This document shows positions 40,474-50,211 of a stretch of DNA of 64,000 nt, piece after piece (position 1 is the stretch's first letter; every line of letters starts with the position of its first letter). The notes beneath the pieces are model-generated. The model was given only the letters and a program-made list of their open reading frames with translations, was not told the DNA's origin and did no database searches. A program made the translations under genes and the position numbers. This DNA comes from Micavibrio sp. UBA2400 (GTDB taxonomy: Bacteria; Pseudomonadota; Alphaproteobacteria; UBA2400): the NCBI GenBank assembly GCA_002343265.1, contig DDSC01000018.1, positions 124,945-188,944 of the forward strand, given 5' to 3'.

Positions 40474-41427
40474 ATGCTGAACCTCGACTTTGAACAATCC
40501 ATCGCCGAACTCGAAGCCAAGAAGGAAGAGCTGAGCCGCGTCAGCAGTTCGGGCGAGATCAATATTGCCGATGAAGTGGCCCGGATTGAAAAGAAGATCG
40601 AGCGGCTGCTGAAGGATACCTACGCCAAGCTGACCCCGGCGCAAAAGGTGCAGGTGGCGCGCCACCCCAATCGCCCCCACGCCAAGGATTATATCGACGC
40701 TCTGTTTACCGATTTTCAGCCGCTGGCGGGTGACCGTCACTATGCCGAGGATGCGGCCATCATCGGCGGGCTGGCCCGCTTCAAGGGGCAAGCCGTGGTG
40801 GTTATGGGTCAGGAGCGCGGCCATGATACCGAAAGCCGGGTGAAGCATAATTTTGGCATGGCCAAGCCCGAAGGCTACCGCAAGGCGCAGCGGCTAATGG
40901 CGCTGGCGGATCGCTTCCATCTGCCCATCATTACGCTGGTTGATACCGCTGGCGCGTTTCCCGGCGTACAAGCTGAAGAACGCGGGCAGGCCGAAGCCAT
41001 TGCCAAGAGCATCGAAAGCTGCCTGCGCGCCGCCGTGCCCATCATCTCGGTGGTGATCGGTGAAGGGGGCAGCGGTGGCGCTATCGCCATCGCCACAGCC
41101 GACCGCGTCTATATGCTTGAGCATGCCATTTACTCGGTTATTTCGCCGGAAGGCTGCGCCTCCATTCTCTGGCGCTCGGCCGCCAATGCGGCGGACGCTG
41201 CTGCGGCGCTGCGCCTGACGGCCCAAGACCTTAAGCAATTGGGCGTGATTGACGGAATTATCGAAGAACCGGTGGGCGGCGCGCATCGTGACCCAGCCAC
41301 GATACAAGCTGCTGTGAGCGCGATGATTGATGCCGGTTTGCAGGAGCTGCTCAGCCGCCATCCCTCGGCGCTGAAGGCGGAGCGGCGCCAGAAGTTTCTG
41401 GCCATGGGTAGCAAAGGCCTGTCCTGA
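40474..41427 (+). CDS. accA: Acetyl-CoA carboxylase carboxyltransferase subunit alpha
   Basis: 317 aa; clear AccA sequence throughout. Confidence 0.9.
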   Translation: MLNLDFEQSIAELEAKKEELSRVSSSGEINIADEVARIEKKIERLLKDTYAKLTPAQKVQVARHPNRPHAKDYIDALFTDFQPLAGDRHYAEDAAIIGGLARFKGQAVVVMGQERGHDTESRVKHNFGMAKPEGYRKAQRLMALADRFHLPIITLVDTAGAFPGVQAEERGQAEAIAKSIESCLRAAVPIISVVIGEGGSGGAIAIATADRVYMLEHAIYSVISPEGCASILWRSAANAADAAAALRLTAQDLKQLGVIDGIIEEPVGGAHRDPATIQAAVSAMIDAGLQELLSRHPSALKAERRQKFLAMGSKGLS

Positions 41428-41439
41428 CGAGTCGCTTTT

Positions 41440-41468
41440 GACAGGCACAGAAATTTCCTGTCTTTTTT
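41440..41468 (+). terminator. Rho-independent terminator after accA: GACAGG-N11-CCTGTC + TTTTTTG
   Basis: Hairpin plus U-tract 12 nt after the accA stop. Confidence 0.6.
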
Positions 41469-41559
41469 GCCCTCTCTCTAGATTTTAATTGTCAGCCCAT
41501 CAAACCCCTGTTACGCTTTGCCCAATAAAAAGGCATCATGCAAAACAGGGAGTTGTAAA

Positions 41560-42150
41560 ATGGGCACAGTTTCCTTGAGTGACAGCAACAGTGACCTGAT
41601 GAACCGGATCGCCGGTGACTCCCCTCGCGCCCACGCCATACTCCGTGAACTGACCCGCGTTGCTACCACCGCGATGGAGCAGAACCGCCGCGAGGTAGAC
41701 GCGGCGTGTGAGGCGGCTCGGGTGCAAAAAAATGAATTTCATGAGCCAAATCAGCCGCATTTTGAGTACATGCTACTGGTATCCCTGCGGCAGAACGATA
41801 TGACAGCCGACCGGCTGATTGCGCTGCACGATACAGTCTGTGGCGGTAACGCGGCCCTAACGGCAGCCACGGCCCTTCACAGCTTCATGACCCGCTCACC
41901 AATGCTGGCGGAAACAGTGCGGCGGGCCAAGGCGGGCTTGCCCTATGGGTTGAATCCCGCCGCGGCACTGCAAGCCGTACAGATGCAATTTCCGGTTTTT
42001 GCCACGCCCGCGCAGGAACCAGCGCAGGATCAGCCCGCACCAGATACGCCAAAGCGCGGCTGGAAGCATATTGCTCCGGCAGAAGCGATGCTGGTTGGAC
42101 CGCCGCGCCCGCGCGCTGTGCCCCCGCTACACGCCTACGCGGTCGCCTGA
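41560..42150 (+). CDS. Hypothetical protein (start MGTVSL after GGGAG RBS)
   Basis: Complete ORF with RBS; no recognisable family. Confidence 0.35.
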   Translation: MGTVSLSDSNSDLMNRIAGDSPRAHAILRELTRVATTAMEQNRREVDAACEAARVQKNEFHEPNQPHFEYMLLVSLRQNDMTADRLIALHDTVCGGNAALTAATALHSFMTRSPMLAETVRRAKAGLPYGLNPAAALQAVQMQFPVFATPAQEPAQDQPAPDTPKRGWKHIAPAEAMLVGPPRPRAVPPLHAYAVA

Positions 42151-42157
42151 GGAGCCT

Positions 42158-42970
42158 CTAAGGCTTGAGCGTTTCATCAAACAGCACCAGCACGTGCCCG
42201 AGGATACGGTTGGCATCCTCGGGGGCGATGGCGTTTTTCAGATAATGATCGCCCTGCCAGAGGCGAAACTGGCTGGAACCACCACCGTCAAGATTAAGAA
42301 AATCTCGCAGACCAAGCTGGCGACCAACCTCTTGCAACTCGAGCAAAGTGCACCCGCCTGTGTTGTCATCACCTTCAACCACCAGAAAGACGATCTGGCC
42401 ATCTTTAAGCCCGATGGCTGTGCGCGGGTGCCGTTGCAACCCATGCGCCAAGATACTGGGCGGGGTAATTTTTCCGCTCTCCAGCGGCAGCATCTTGTCG
42501 GCGGGCAATGACAAAACCTCGCCGCGATAGATCAGCAACGGGGTGCAGCCGAGAATATATTTCGCTGCTTTATCCAGCTCCTCATAAAGCACAATACGCC
42601 ATGGCTCGTGCTTGGCCCGCTGTACAAAGAAGCCGAAGTTGGTGCGATCACGGAAATCTTCATAAGTATGATCGCGGATTTTGACCAACCCGACCGGATC
42701 ACCCACGTGATAGTCCTGATGTGGCCAGTCATAAAAATTCTTGCGATAATGCGAGAACCCCCCGTTGATAAGAAACCGCACGCCGGGTTGCTTGCGGATA
42801 AACTCATCCATCGTGCTGCCGTGGCCGATATGATTGCCCTCGGTGTCGGGCAATACCGCCTCCGACACTTTGGAAATCAGCAGGGTGAGCCTGTCATCAA
42901 AGCGGTTATCCAGCGCGAAAACCCAGATGGTTCTTCCCGCTAGAAGATCTGTGCGCTTTTCGTGCTGCAT
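42158..42970 (-). CDS. Phosphodiester glycosidase family protein (DUF2233)
   Basis: C-terminal NLDGGGSS motif typical of NAGPA-like/DUF2233 proteins. Confidence 0.5.
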   Translation of the reverse strand: MQHEKRTDLLAGRTIWVFALDNRFDDRLTLLISKVSEAVLPDTEGNHIGHGSTMDEFIRKQPGVRFLINGGFSHYRKNFYDWPHQDYHVGDPVGLVKIRDHTYEDFRDRTNFGFFVQRAKHEPWRIVLYEELDKAAKYILGCTPLLIYRGEVLSLPADKMLPLESGKITPPSILAHGLQRHPRTAIGLKDGQIVFLVVEGDDNTGGCTLLELQEVGRQLGLRDFLNLDGGGSSQFRLWQGDHYLKNAIAPEDANRILGHVLVLFDETLKP

Positions 42971-42972
42971 GG

Positions 42973-43521
42973 CTACAGCGCAGGTGGTGCAGGACTATTG
43001 CCTGTGGCGGGCCTTAGCTGTGCGTAGGCTGCCCGGGCGTAATGTAAAATATCACGCATCAGCTCGGCATTGCCTTGATAGAGCTGCAGGAACTGGTCAG
43101 GGCTTAGAATATCCCGCCCGGCGCTTTCCTCATTAGGCACCACCGGGTTGAGCTGGCCCACCGTGGCTGCCACTACTACCATATAAGTCAGTTGTTCGGG
43201 CGCACTGCCAAAATAATCCGATTCAATAAAGCTGGCGATTTTAAGCGCGCCAAGGGTGATAAATGCTTCTTCCGCACATTCGCGCCGCGCGGTGTCTTCA
43301 ATACTGTGATCGCCCACTTGGGTATGGCCACCGGGCAAGTCCACCCCGCGTTTGATGAGCTTTGCCACCACCAGATTTCCATTCTCATCAAACGGAGCCA
43401 CCACCACGCTGGTGATTTTAGCAAAGGCAGGTGTGATGGATTCCGGTGCGCGGAAAGTGAACGTTACCTTCTTGCCTTTCACATCGTGGGTGCGTTTGCG
43501 GTCAAGATGCTGGTCGTTCAT
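42973..43521 (-). CDS. NUDIX hydrolase
   Basis: Nudix box GGHTQVGDHSIEDTARRECAEEAFI. Confidence 0.65.
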   Translation of the reverse strand: MNDQHLDRKRTHDVKGKKVTFTFRAPESITPAFAKITSVVVAPFDENGNLVVAKLIKRGVDLPGGHTQVGDHSIEDTARRECAEEAFITLGALKIASFIESDYFGSAPEQLTYMVVVAATVGQLNPVVPNEESAGRDILSPDQFLQLYQGNAELMRDILHYARAAYAQLRPATGNSPAPPAL

Positions 43522-43527
43522 GTTGGT

Positions 43528-44598
43528 TTACTCAATCTTCTCCGGCTCAGCGGTGGCGGTCAGGCGTGGACGGCTGTCAACGGCCACTGGCTCCTCAATC
43601 ACCTTGCCGATGGTTAGCGCCTCGGTCTCGTGCAGCTTGCGGGCGGTCACCAGCACCCGGCTCTCATAAGCGCTGAGCGTGCTGTTATAAGCGCCAACCG
43701 CTTTATCAAGGGCGTCGCCAACCTTGCTGAAGTGGCGGGTCATCACCTCGCTGCGCTCATACAGCTGGGCACCCAGCGCAGCGATTTCGCGGGCGGTATC
43801 GGCCAGTTTTTCCTGCCGCCAGCCATAATGCACCGCGCGCAACAAGGCAATCAGCGTGGTGGGAGTGGCCAGCACCACGCGCTCCTGCTGACTGGCCTCG
43901 ATCAAATTCGGCTCGGCTTGCAGGGCGGCGGCGTAGAAATTCTCGCCGGGCAGAAACAGCACCACAAATTCTGGGCTGTGTTGGAACTGCTCCCAATAGC
44001 TTTTGGCACTCAGCTGCTTGATATGCTCGCGCACCTGCCGCGCATGTTGCAGCAGCAGGGTCTTGCGCTCAGTCTCATCGGCGGCGTCCTGCGCACGCAG
44101 ATAGGCATCGAGCGGTGTTTTGGCGTCAATGGCAATCTGCTTGCCACCGGGCAGGTTAACCACCAGATCAGGACGACGGCCGCTCTCGGTAGTCACCTGC
44201 GCGTAAAAATCACAGTGATCAAGCATCCCGGCCAGCTCCACCACGCGCTTGAGCTGCACCTCGCCCCAACGGCCGCGCACATGCGGTGTTTTCAGGGCAT
44301 TGACCAGCTTGCCGGTTTCACTGCCCAGCCCCAGCAACTGCTGACCGAGCAGATGCTGGCTCTTGTCCAGCTCACTCAGGCGCTGGGCGATGGGGGCAAT
44401 CAACTCACGAAAGCTTTGCTCGCGCGCGCTAAGCTGGTCGACCAATGTGCCATGGTTTTGCGCGAGCGCTTCATCGGACATCACCTTGAAGCGATCCGTC
44501 ATCGCCTGGTGTAGGGACCGAAAATGCAGCCACACCGCAGCGGCAATCACACCGCCAAGGCCAAAGCCAATGCCAAGGGAGAGGAGATCAAGGTTCAT
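43528..44598 (-). CDS. rmuC: DNA recombination protein RmuC
   Basis: N-terminal TM, long coiled coil, C-terminal RmuC domain; 356 aa. Confidence 0.8.
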   Translation of the reverse strand: MNLDLLSLGIGFGLGGVIAAAVWLHFRSLHQAMTDRFKVMSDEALAQNHGTLVDQLSAREQSFRELIAPIAQRLSELDKSQHLLGQQLLGLGSETGKLVNALKTPHVRGRWGEVQLKRVVELAGMLDHCDFYAQVTTESGRRPDLVVNLPGGKQIAIDAKTPLDAYLRAQDAADETERKTLLLQHARQVREHIKQLSAKSYWEQFQHSPEFVVLFLPGENFYAAALQAEPNLIEASQQERVVLATPTTLIALLRAVHYGWRQEKLADTAREIAALGAQLYERSEVMTRHFSKVGDALDKAVGAYNSTLSAYESRVLVTARKLHETEALTIGKVIEEPVAVDSRPRLTATAEPEKIE

Positions 44599-45188
44599 GC
44601 GCTTCTCCGGGCGGTTAATGCGGTGGCCAAGGTACCTTCATCAAGGTAATCCAGCTCGCCGCCCAGCGGCACGCCATGGGCCAAGCGACTGGCGGGAATG
44701 TTCGCCTCGCGCAAGCGGTCGGCAATATAGTGGGCGGTGGTTTGGCCATCGACGGTGGCGGGCAGCGCCAGAATAACCTCAGTGATATTTTCAGCCACGG
44801 CGCGGGCCAGAAGCTGCGGGATACGCAATTGATCGGGCGTAATGCCGGCGAGGGCTGAGAGTAGACCACCGAGCACATAATAGCGGCCCTTGATACTGCG
44901 GGTGCGCTCGATCGCCCACAGATCGGCGATATCTTCCACCACGCACAGCTGGTGGGTATCGCGCCCGCTTTGCTGGCAGATGGTGCAAGGGTCGTGCACA
45001 TCCACATTGTTGCACAGGGTGCAGGTGAGCAGTTTTGCATCGGCCTCAATCAGCGCACTGGCTAGTGGCTGCATCAGCGTTTCGCGTTTTTTGAGCAGAT
45101 GCAGCACTACCCGCCGCGCCGAGCGCGGGCCAAGGCCGGGTAATTTACCCAGCAGCTGGATCAGGCGGTCAAGCTCGGCACCGATCAT
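44595..45188 (-). CDS. recR: Recombination protein RecR
   Basis: HhH, C4 zinc finger (CTLC...CTIC), Toprim domain. Confidence 0.9.
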   Translation of the reverse strand: MIGAELDRLIQLLGKLPGLGPRSARRVVLHLLKKRETLMQPLASALIEADAKLLTCTLCNNVDVHDPCTICQQSGRDTHQLCVVEDIADLWAIERTRSIKGRYYVLGGLLSALAGITPDQLRIPQLLARAVAENITEVILALPATVDGQTTAHYIADRLREANIPASRLAHGVPLGGELDYLDEGTLATALTARRSA

Positions 45189-45189
45189 G

Positions 45190-45510
45190 TCAGAAGGGCA
45201 GATTCAGGCCGGGGGGCAGGTTCAGCCCGCCCATGGCGGCTTTCATTTCGCTGGCTGTTGCGGCTTCCGACTTGCTACGGGCATCGTTAATGGCAGCGAG
45301 GATCAGGTCTTCCAGCATGTCTTTCTCGGCTGCATTCACCACGCTGGCATCGAGCTGGACTTTGCGGGCTTCGTTCTTGCCGCTGAGCGTGATCTGCACC
45401 GCCCCGCCACCGCTCTGGCCAACAAACTCCATCTGCGCGATCCGCGCCTGTGCATCCTGCATTTTGGCCTGCACGGTTTGGGCCTGCTTCATCATCGCCA
45501 TAATGTTCAT
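45190..45510 (-). CDS. ybaB: Nucleoid-associated protein YbaB/EbfC
   Basis: 106 aa, conserved YbaB sequence; dnaX-ybaB-recR synteny. Confidence 0.85.
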   Translation of the reverse strand: MNIMAMMKQAQTVQAKMQDAQARIAQMEFVGQSGGGAVQITLSGKNEARKVQLDASVVNAAEKDMLEDLILAAINDARSKSEAATASEMKAAMGGLNLPPGLNLPF

Positions 45511-45513
45511 AAC

Positions 45514-47262
45514 TTACTCCTCGTCAAAAATACCCAGATCGGTGCTGCTGTCACTCTCCACCGGGGTGGGCTCATCCAGCACCGCAGCGGCCACCTTATC
45601 ACGCACTGCCGCAATTTTTGCACCCGGAAAAGCCAGCAGCACGGCTTTTACCAGAGGGTGCTCGGCCGCCTGTTGCAGCACATTCTGCTCCTGCGCCTCG
45701 TCCTGCTCGCGCAAGGTGAGGTGGCTGGAGCTGCGGGCCAGATTTACCAACCAACGCTGGCCGGTCCACTCCTGCAGACAGCTGGCGACGCGCGGGGCCA
45801 AGGCGGGCGGCGTGCCGGGGCGCAAGAACAGCTCCAAGGTACCGGGCGCAAAGCTGACGCACTCGACCAGCGTGTTGAGCTGGCCATACAGGGTCAGCTC
45901 GCGCTTTTCGGCAAACAGGGCGACCGCACTTTTCCAGCTTGTCGGCATGGCGGCGACTTGCGGTTGGGCGATGGCCTGGACCACAGGCGCGGGGCGGCTT
46001 TGGCCAACCGCCATTTTCATCACGGGGGCGGTGGTTTGGCTGGGCGACGTCGCTGATCCGCCTGCGCCTGCGGATAGCCCGTCCTGCAAGGCTTTCTCGA
46101 GCTTCTTCACCAGATCGCCCGGTGGCGGCAGCGTGCCGATATGCGCCAAACGGATAATAAGCATTTCTAGTGCGGCCATGGGCTGCGGGGCGCTTTGCAA
46201 CTCCGTTACACCCTTGAGCAGCACCTGCCACGCGCGGGCCAGCACCGGGGTGGTGAAGCTGTCGGCCAATTCGCGCAGATTCTTCAATTCGGTTTCGGTC
46301 ACGCCGATGTTGGCGGTTGGTGGAAGGATTTTAAGGCGCGAGAGCTGATGCGTGGCGTCGAGCAGATCCTGCAACACCGCCAGCGGTTCGGCTCCGCATT
46401 GATGCAGCGTGGCCAGCGTAGCCAGTGCATCGGCGGCCTGCCCGCGCAGGGCAGCGGTCAGCAGCGCGGTAATCTGGGCGCGGTCAGCCAGACCCAGCAT
46501 GTCGCGCACATCCGTTGCCGTTACAGGTGTAGCGCGGGCAATCGCTTGGTCAAACAGCGACAGGCCATCACGCGCCGAGCCATCCGCCGCGCGCGCGAGC
46601 AGGGCCAGAGCTTCGTCCTCTACCTCAACCTGCTCGGCCTTCGCCACTTCGGCAAAATGCGCGCGCAAGACATCCGGCTCGATACGGCGCAGATCAAAGC
46701 GCTGGCAACGCGAGAGGATGGTGACCGGGACCTTGCGGATTTCGGTGGTGGCGAGAATGAATTTTACATGCGGTGGCGGCTCTTCCAGCGTCTTCAGCAG
46801 TGCGTTGAAGCTGGCGGTGGAGAGCATATGCACTTCGTCGATAATGTAGACTTTGGTGCGCACACTGGTGGGGGCGTATTTCACATTCTCCAGCAACTGG
46901 CGGATGTTATCGACACCCGTATTGCTGGCGGCATCCATCTCGATCACATCAACATTGCGGCCCTCGGCAATGCTGGTGCAGGCCGCGCATTTGCCGCAGG
47001 GGTTGATGGTGGGGCCGCTCTCGCAGTTCAGCCCCTTGGCGATGATGCGGGCGGTAGTGGTTTTACCGACACCGCGCACCCCGGTCAGGATAAAAGCATG
47101 CGCCACGCGCCCCGTCTCGAATGCATTGGTGAGGGTGCGCACCAACGCGCCCTGACCCTTAAGCTCGGCAAAATTCTGCGGGCGGTATTTGCGCGCCAGT
47201 ACGCGATAGGCGTTCTGGCTGGGGGCCGGGGTTTCAGGCAGTTCAAACAGGGCGTCGGACAT
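45514..47262 (-). CDS. dnaX: DNA polymerase III subunits gamma/tau
   Basis: AAA+ clamp-loader motifs (GVRGVGKTT, zinc module CGKCAAC, SRC). Confidence 0.9.
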   Translation of the reverse strand: MSDALFELPETPAPSQNAYRVLARKYRPQNFAELKGQGALVRTLTNAFETGRVAHAFILTGVRGVGKTTTARIIAKGLNCESGPTINPCGKCAACTSIAEGRNVDVIEMDAASNTGVDNIRQLLENVKYAPTSVRTKVYIIDEVHMLSTASFNALLKTLEEPPPHVKFILATTEIRKVPVTILSRCQRFDLRRIEPDVLRAHFAEVAKAEQVEVEDEALALLARAADGSARDGLSLFDQAIARATPVTATDVRDMLGLADRAQITALLTAALRGQAADALATLATLHQCGAEPLAVLQDLLDATHQLSRLKILPPTANIGVTETELKNLRELADSFTTPVLARAWQVLLKGVTELQSAPQPMAALEMLIIRLAHIGTLPPPGDLVKKLEKALQDGLSAGAGGSATSPSQTTAPVMKMAVGQSRPAPVVQAIAQPQVAAMPTSWKSAVALFAEKRELTLYGQLNTLVECVSFAPGTLELFLRPGTPPALAPRVASCLQEWTGQRWLVNLARSSSHLTLREQDEAQEQNVLQQAAEHPLVKAVLLAFPGAKIAAVRDKVAAAVLDEPTPVESDSSTDLGIFDEE

Positions 47263-47329
47263 GGCTCAGAGATAGCGCGGATGCGGCTGAGTCGCCACCA
47301 TTTTCCCTATCTTGGCTTACAGGAAATAG

Positions 47330-47539
47330 CTAATCGAAGCGCAACTTGCTGCCTGGCAGTCCGCCATAGCCACGACCAGAATGAGAGCGACCAAGCTGGT
47401 CATTTTTTCTTATTTCCTCATCAAGAGCATCCAAAACATCTTTTGCGGCGTCTCTTGCACCCTCAAGGCTTTTAATAAGCTCTTCTCGTGCATCCGTTGT
47501 GCCGGGGTAGGGCTTGGCTTTTTTTTGCTCTTGGCTCAT
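47330..47539 (-). CDS. Small hypothetical protein (69 aa, charged/helical) in a low-GC islet
   Basis: Complete ORF immediately upstream of dnaX; local GC ~48% versus ~63%. Confidence 0.3.
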   Translation of the reverse strand: MSQEQKKAKPYPGTTDAREELIKSLEGARDAAKDVLDALDEEIRKNDQLGRSHSGRGYGGLPGSKLRFD

Positions 47540-47709
47540 GTTTTGGCGCCCCTCGGGAAGATCAGGTGGAAGACTGGCTGACCCGAGAAAAATTCGTTAC
47601 GGATGCTGCCTTTCGGCCCTGTCCGGGTTGGCGACTCGCCCGTCCAACCAGCCTTCCGAGGCTGGATATAGCAGAAATCAGCCGCGAGGGTGAAGAAAAA
47701 TATCCAAGT

Positions 47710-47964
47710 TTAAGCCCATTTCCAGCTGAATTTAGTTTGATTAAAGGGGGTAATGACATTCTCAAATTTAACTTTGTCACCTACTTCCCAACAATTTGTT
47801 GTAGGAACCCTCAAGCGAACGCGCTCGCCTTGTTTCATATAAAAACACTTGTCGCCAGCAATGGATCCAAAAACTGCGGTGCACTTTTTGGTCGCTTCCA
47901 GCACAGCGATCTGCCGACCGGGAATCCAAGACGATTCGAGTTTTTTCACCAAAAGATCAGACAT
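47710..47964 (-). CDS. Small hypothetical protein (85 aa, predicted beta-rich) in a low-GC islet
   Basis: Strong SD GGAGGT 7 nt upstream of ATG 47964; no known motif. Confidence 0.35.
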   Translation of the reverse strand: MSDLLVKKLESSWIPGRQIAVLEATKKCTAVFGSIAGDKCFYMKQGERVRLRVPTTNCWEVGDKVKFENVITPFNQTKFSWKWA

Positions 47965-48046
47965 AGTGTACCTCCAGCTGCTTATGCTGGTTCGTTCAAG
48001 CATGAGGGGTAATCCCAGTGCAAGAATAAAATGGTTAACGTGAGGC

Positions 48047-49123
48047 TTAGGCCGCTTTCTGGCTGCCGTCTCCACCCGTTAACCGTTGTTCGGCCAAGCG
48101 GTCGGCGGCCAGACTGGTGGGGATATCCTGCTGGGCGGCCAGATCAAAAATCGCCTGCATGGTGCCCGCAATTTTGCCGATATGGGCATAGGCTTTGTCG
48201 CGGTTATAGCCACCGGGGCCACTTAAATGCTCATAGCAGACGTTAATGACGCCGCCCGCGTTAATGGCATAGTCCGGGCAATACAGGATACCGCGCTCAC
48301 GCAGCGTCTGTCCGTGGCGAGCTTCAGCAAGCTGGTTATTGGCCGAGCCGGCGATGATTTTTGTTTTGAGCTGGGCGATGGAGGCATCGTTCAGGATGGC
48401 CCCGAGCGCACAGGGCGCGAGCACATCGGCCTCAACCGCCAAAATCTCACTGGTGCCAACGGCGCGAGCGCCACAAGCCGACACGATCTTTTCCACGCTC
48501 TCGGGGCGAATGTCGGCCACAATCAGCTTGGCCCCGGCCTCATGCAGCAGATGGCACAGGTGCTGGCCGACATTGCCAAGGCCCTGCACCGCCACGGTCA
48601 GGCCTTCTAGGTCGCTAGTTTTCAGCTGATGCTGTACCGCCTGCTTGAGGCCAAGGAAGCAGCCCCATGCCGTGGCGGGTGACGGGTCGCCACTGCCGCC
48701 TTGGTCAGGCGCAAGACCCACCACATGCTTGGTCTGCTTGCGAATCTCGGTCATGTCGGGCGTGCTGGTGCCCACATCCTCGGCCACGATATAGCGGCCT
48801 GCCAGTTGCTCGACCGCGCGACCCATCGCCTGCATCAGTGCGGGCGTTTTTTGGCTGCGCGAATCCCCGATGATGACCGACTTACCGCCACCCAGTGGCA
48901 ATCCCGCGAGGGCGGATTTATAACTCATGCCGCGTGAGAGACGCAGCGCATCGATCACCGCCTCCTCTTCACTGGCATAGGGCCACATACGGCAGCCACC
49001 CAGCGCCGGGCCAAGGCGGGTATTGTGAATGGCAATGATCGCCTTAAGACCACTGGCGGCGTCATGAGCGAACACCACCTGCTCATGAGCTGAGAAATCG
49101 CGGGCCGAGAATACGCTCATCAT
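48047..49123 (-). CDS. Glu/Leu/Phe/Val dehydrogenase family protein (leucine dehydrogenase-like)
   Basis: Catalytic Lys region GGGK, Rossmann GxGxxG (GLGNVG); 358 aa. Confidence 0.75.
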   Translation of the reverse strand: MMSVFSARDFSAHEQVVFAHDAASGLKAIIAIHNTRLGPALGGCRMWPYASEEEAVIDALRLSRGMSYKSALAGLPLGGGKSVIIGDSRSQKTPALMQAMGRAVEQLAGRYIVAEDVGTSTPDMTEIRKQTKHVVGLAPDQGGSGDPSPATAWGCFLGLKQAVQHQLKTSDLEGLTVAVQGLGNVGQHLCHLLHEAGAKLIVADIRPESVEKIVSACGARAVGTSEILAVEADVLAPCALGAILNDASIAQLKTKIIAGSANNQLAEARHGQTLRERGILYCPDYAINAGGVINVCYEHLSGPGGYNRDKAYAHIGKIAGTMQAIFDLAAQQDIPTSLAADRLAEQRLTGGDGSQKAA

Positions 49124-49224
49124 ACTCCCCTTGGTCTGTTGATGTAGTTTTTATCGGCTCATTTTATCACTGCGCGATGGACTGAGCCATGAAAAACGCT
49201 GCTGCACTGCACAGCGACGCAGCG

Positions 49225-50163
49225 TCAGCCAGCCTTTTTCGAAGGCGGTTCAATCGCGGAGGGGATCACGCCGGTCTGATTGCCGACTGTTTCGGCGACG
49301 CAGACCCATTCCAGTGTTTCCATCCCCTTCTTGACCGCGCGGGCGCAAGACTGGTCAAGTGTGACGATCGACTTGTCCGGATTGTTCTGCTTGCGCAGAA
49401 ACTTGGTGGCGATGATGACCAGATCCTCGCACAGCTTTTCATCGATGGTGATGCCGAAATGCTGTTCGTATTTCGGCCGCAAACCTTTGATGATGCGAAT
49501 GGTGGCTTCTACATTCGGCTCTTCGAGCAGCACCTTCTGAAAGCGGCGATCCATCGCGGGGTCGGCAGCCACATACTGGCGGAACTCGTCCACCGTGGTA
49601 GCACCAATCACCTGCAAATCACCCACGGTGAGGTAGGGCTTGAGAATGTCCGATACGCCCGAGGCAGCGGTAGCTTTACAGGTTGGCATCATGGTGTGCA
49701 TTTCGTCGATACACAGGATGATGGGCGGAAATTTCTTGCTGGCGTTGCGCTCGCCGCACCCCTTGATGAAGGGGATCAGGCGGCCCTCAAACTCACCGCG
49801 GGTAGTGGTGCCCGCCGCCATGGTGGGAAACTCCAGCTCGATTACGCGGGCATCCTTGAGCATCTTGGGCACCTTGCCCTCGGCCACCGCACCGGCAAAG
49901 CCGGTGAACAACGCAGTCTTACCCGAACCGGCCGGGCCGCAAACCGCCACGTTACTGCGCCCGCGCTGTAGTAGAATGGTGATGACCTGATCAATCTCGG
50001 CATCGCGACCAATGACCGGGTCGAACTTGCCAAGGCGGGCCAGTTCGGTCAGATCGCGGCAGTATTTCTGGATGAGCGGCTCAAAAACGTCATCTGGCAC
50101 TTTAAAGGCCAGATCGCGGAAACTCTTGGGCGCATCAGGCGCGGGAGAGGCAGCTTCACTCAT
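49225..50163 (-). CDS. Stand-alone AAA+ ATPase equivalent to ClpA/ClpB nucleotide-binding domain 1 (no N-domain, no D2)
   Basis: Near-collinear with ClpB D1: VIGRD.EI..VI.IL.RR, VCGPAGSGKTAL, IILCIDEMHTM, GATTVDEFRQY, DRRFQKV, sensor region; only 312 aa. Confidence 0.65.
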   Translation of the reverse strand: MSEAASPAPDAPKSFRDLAFKVPDDVFEPLIQKYCRDLTELARLGKFDPVIGRDAEIDQVITILLQRGRSNVAVCGPAGSGKTALFTGFAGAVAEGKVPKMLKDARVIELEFPTMAAGTTTRGEFEGRLIPFIKGCGERNASKKFPPIILCIDEMHTMMPTCKATAASGVSDILKPYLTVGDLQVIGATTVDEFRQYVAADPAMDRRFQKVLLEEPNVEATIRIIKGLRPKYEQHFGITIDEKLCEDLVIIATKFLRKQNNPDKSIVTLDQSCARAVKKGMETLEWVCVAETVGNQTGVIPSAIEPPSKKAG

Positions 50164-50211
50164 GCTCTACCTTTAGAAGATCAGGGTTAAGGGCTGGTTA
50201 CCTTGCCCGCC

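Noticed and set aside
47263-47400. Searched for an SRP (4.5S/ffs) RNA immediately upstream of dnaX, a common bacterial arrangement
   Set aside because: Neither strand shows the conserved domain IV (…GUCCGGAAGGAAGCAGC…) or a GC-rich helical profile. The region is AT-rich and occupied by a small ORF.
44890-47475. Plus-strand ORFs of 388, 371 and 426 aa overlapping recR/ybaB/dnaX
   Set aside because: Same high-GC antisense artefact. The minus strand carries well-conserved recR, ybaB and dnaX.
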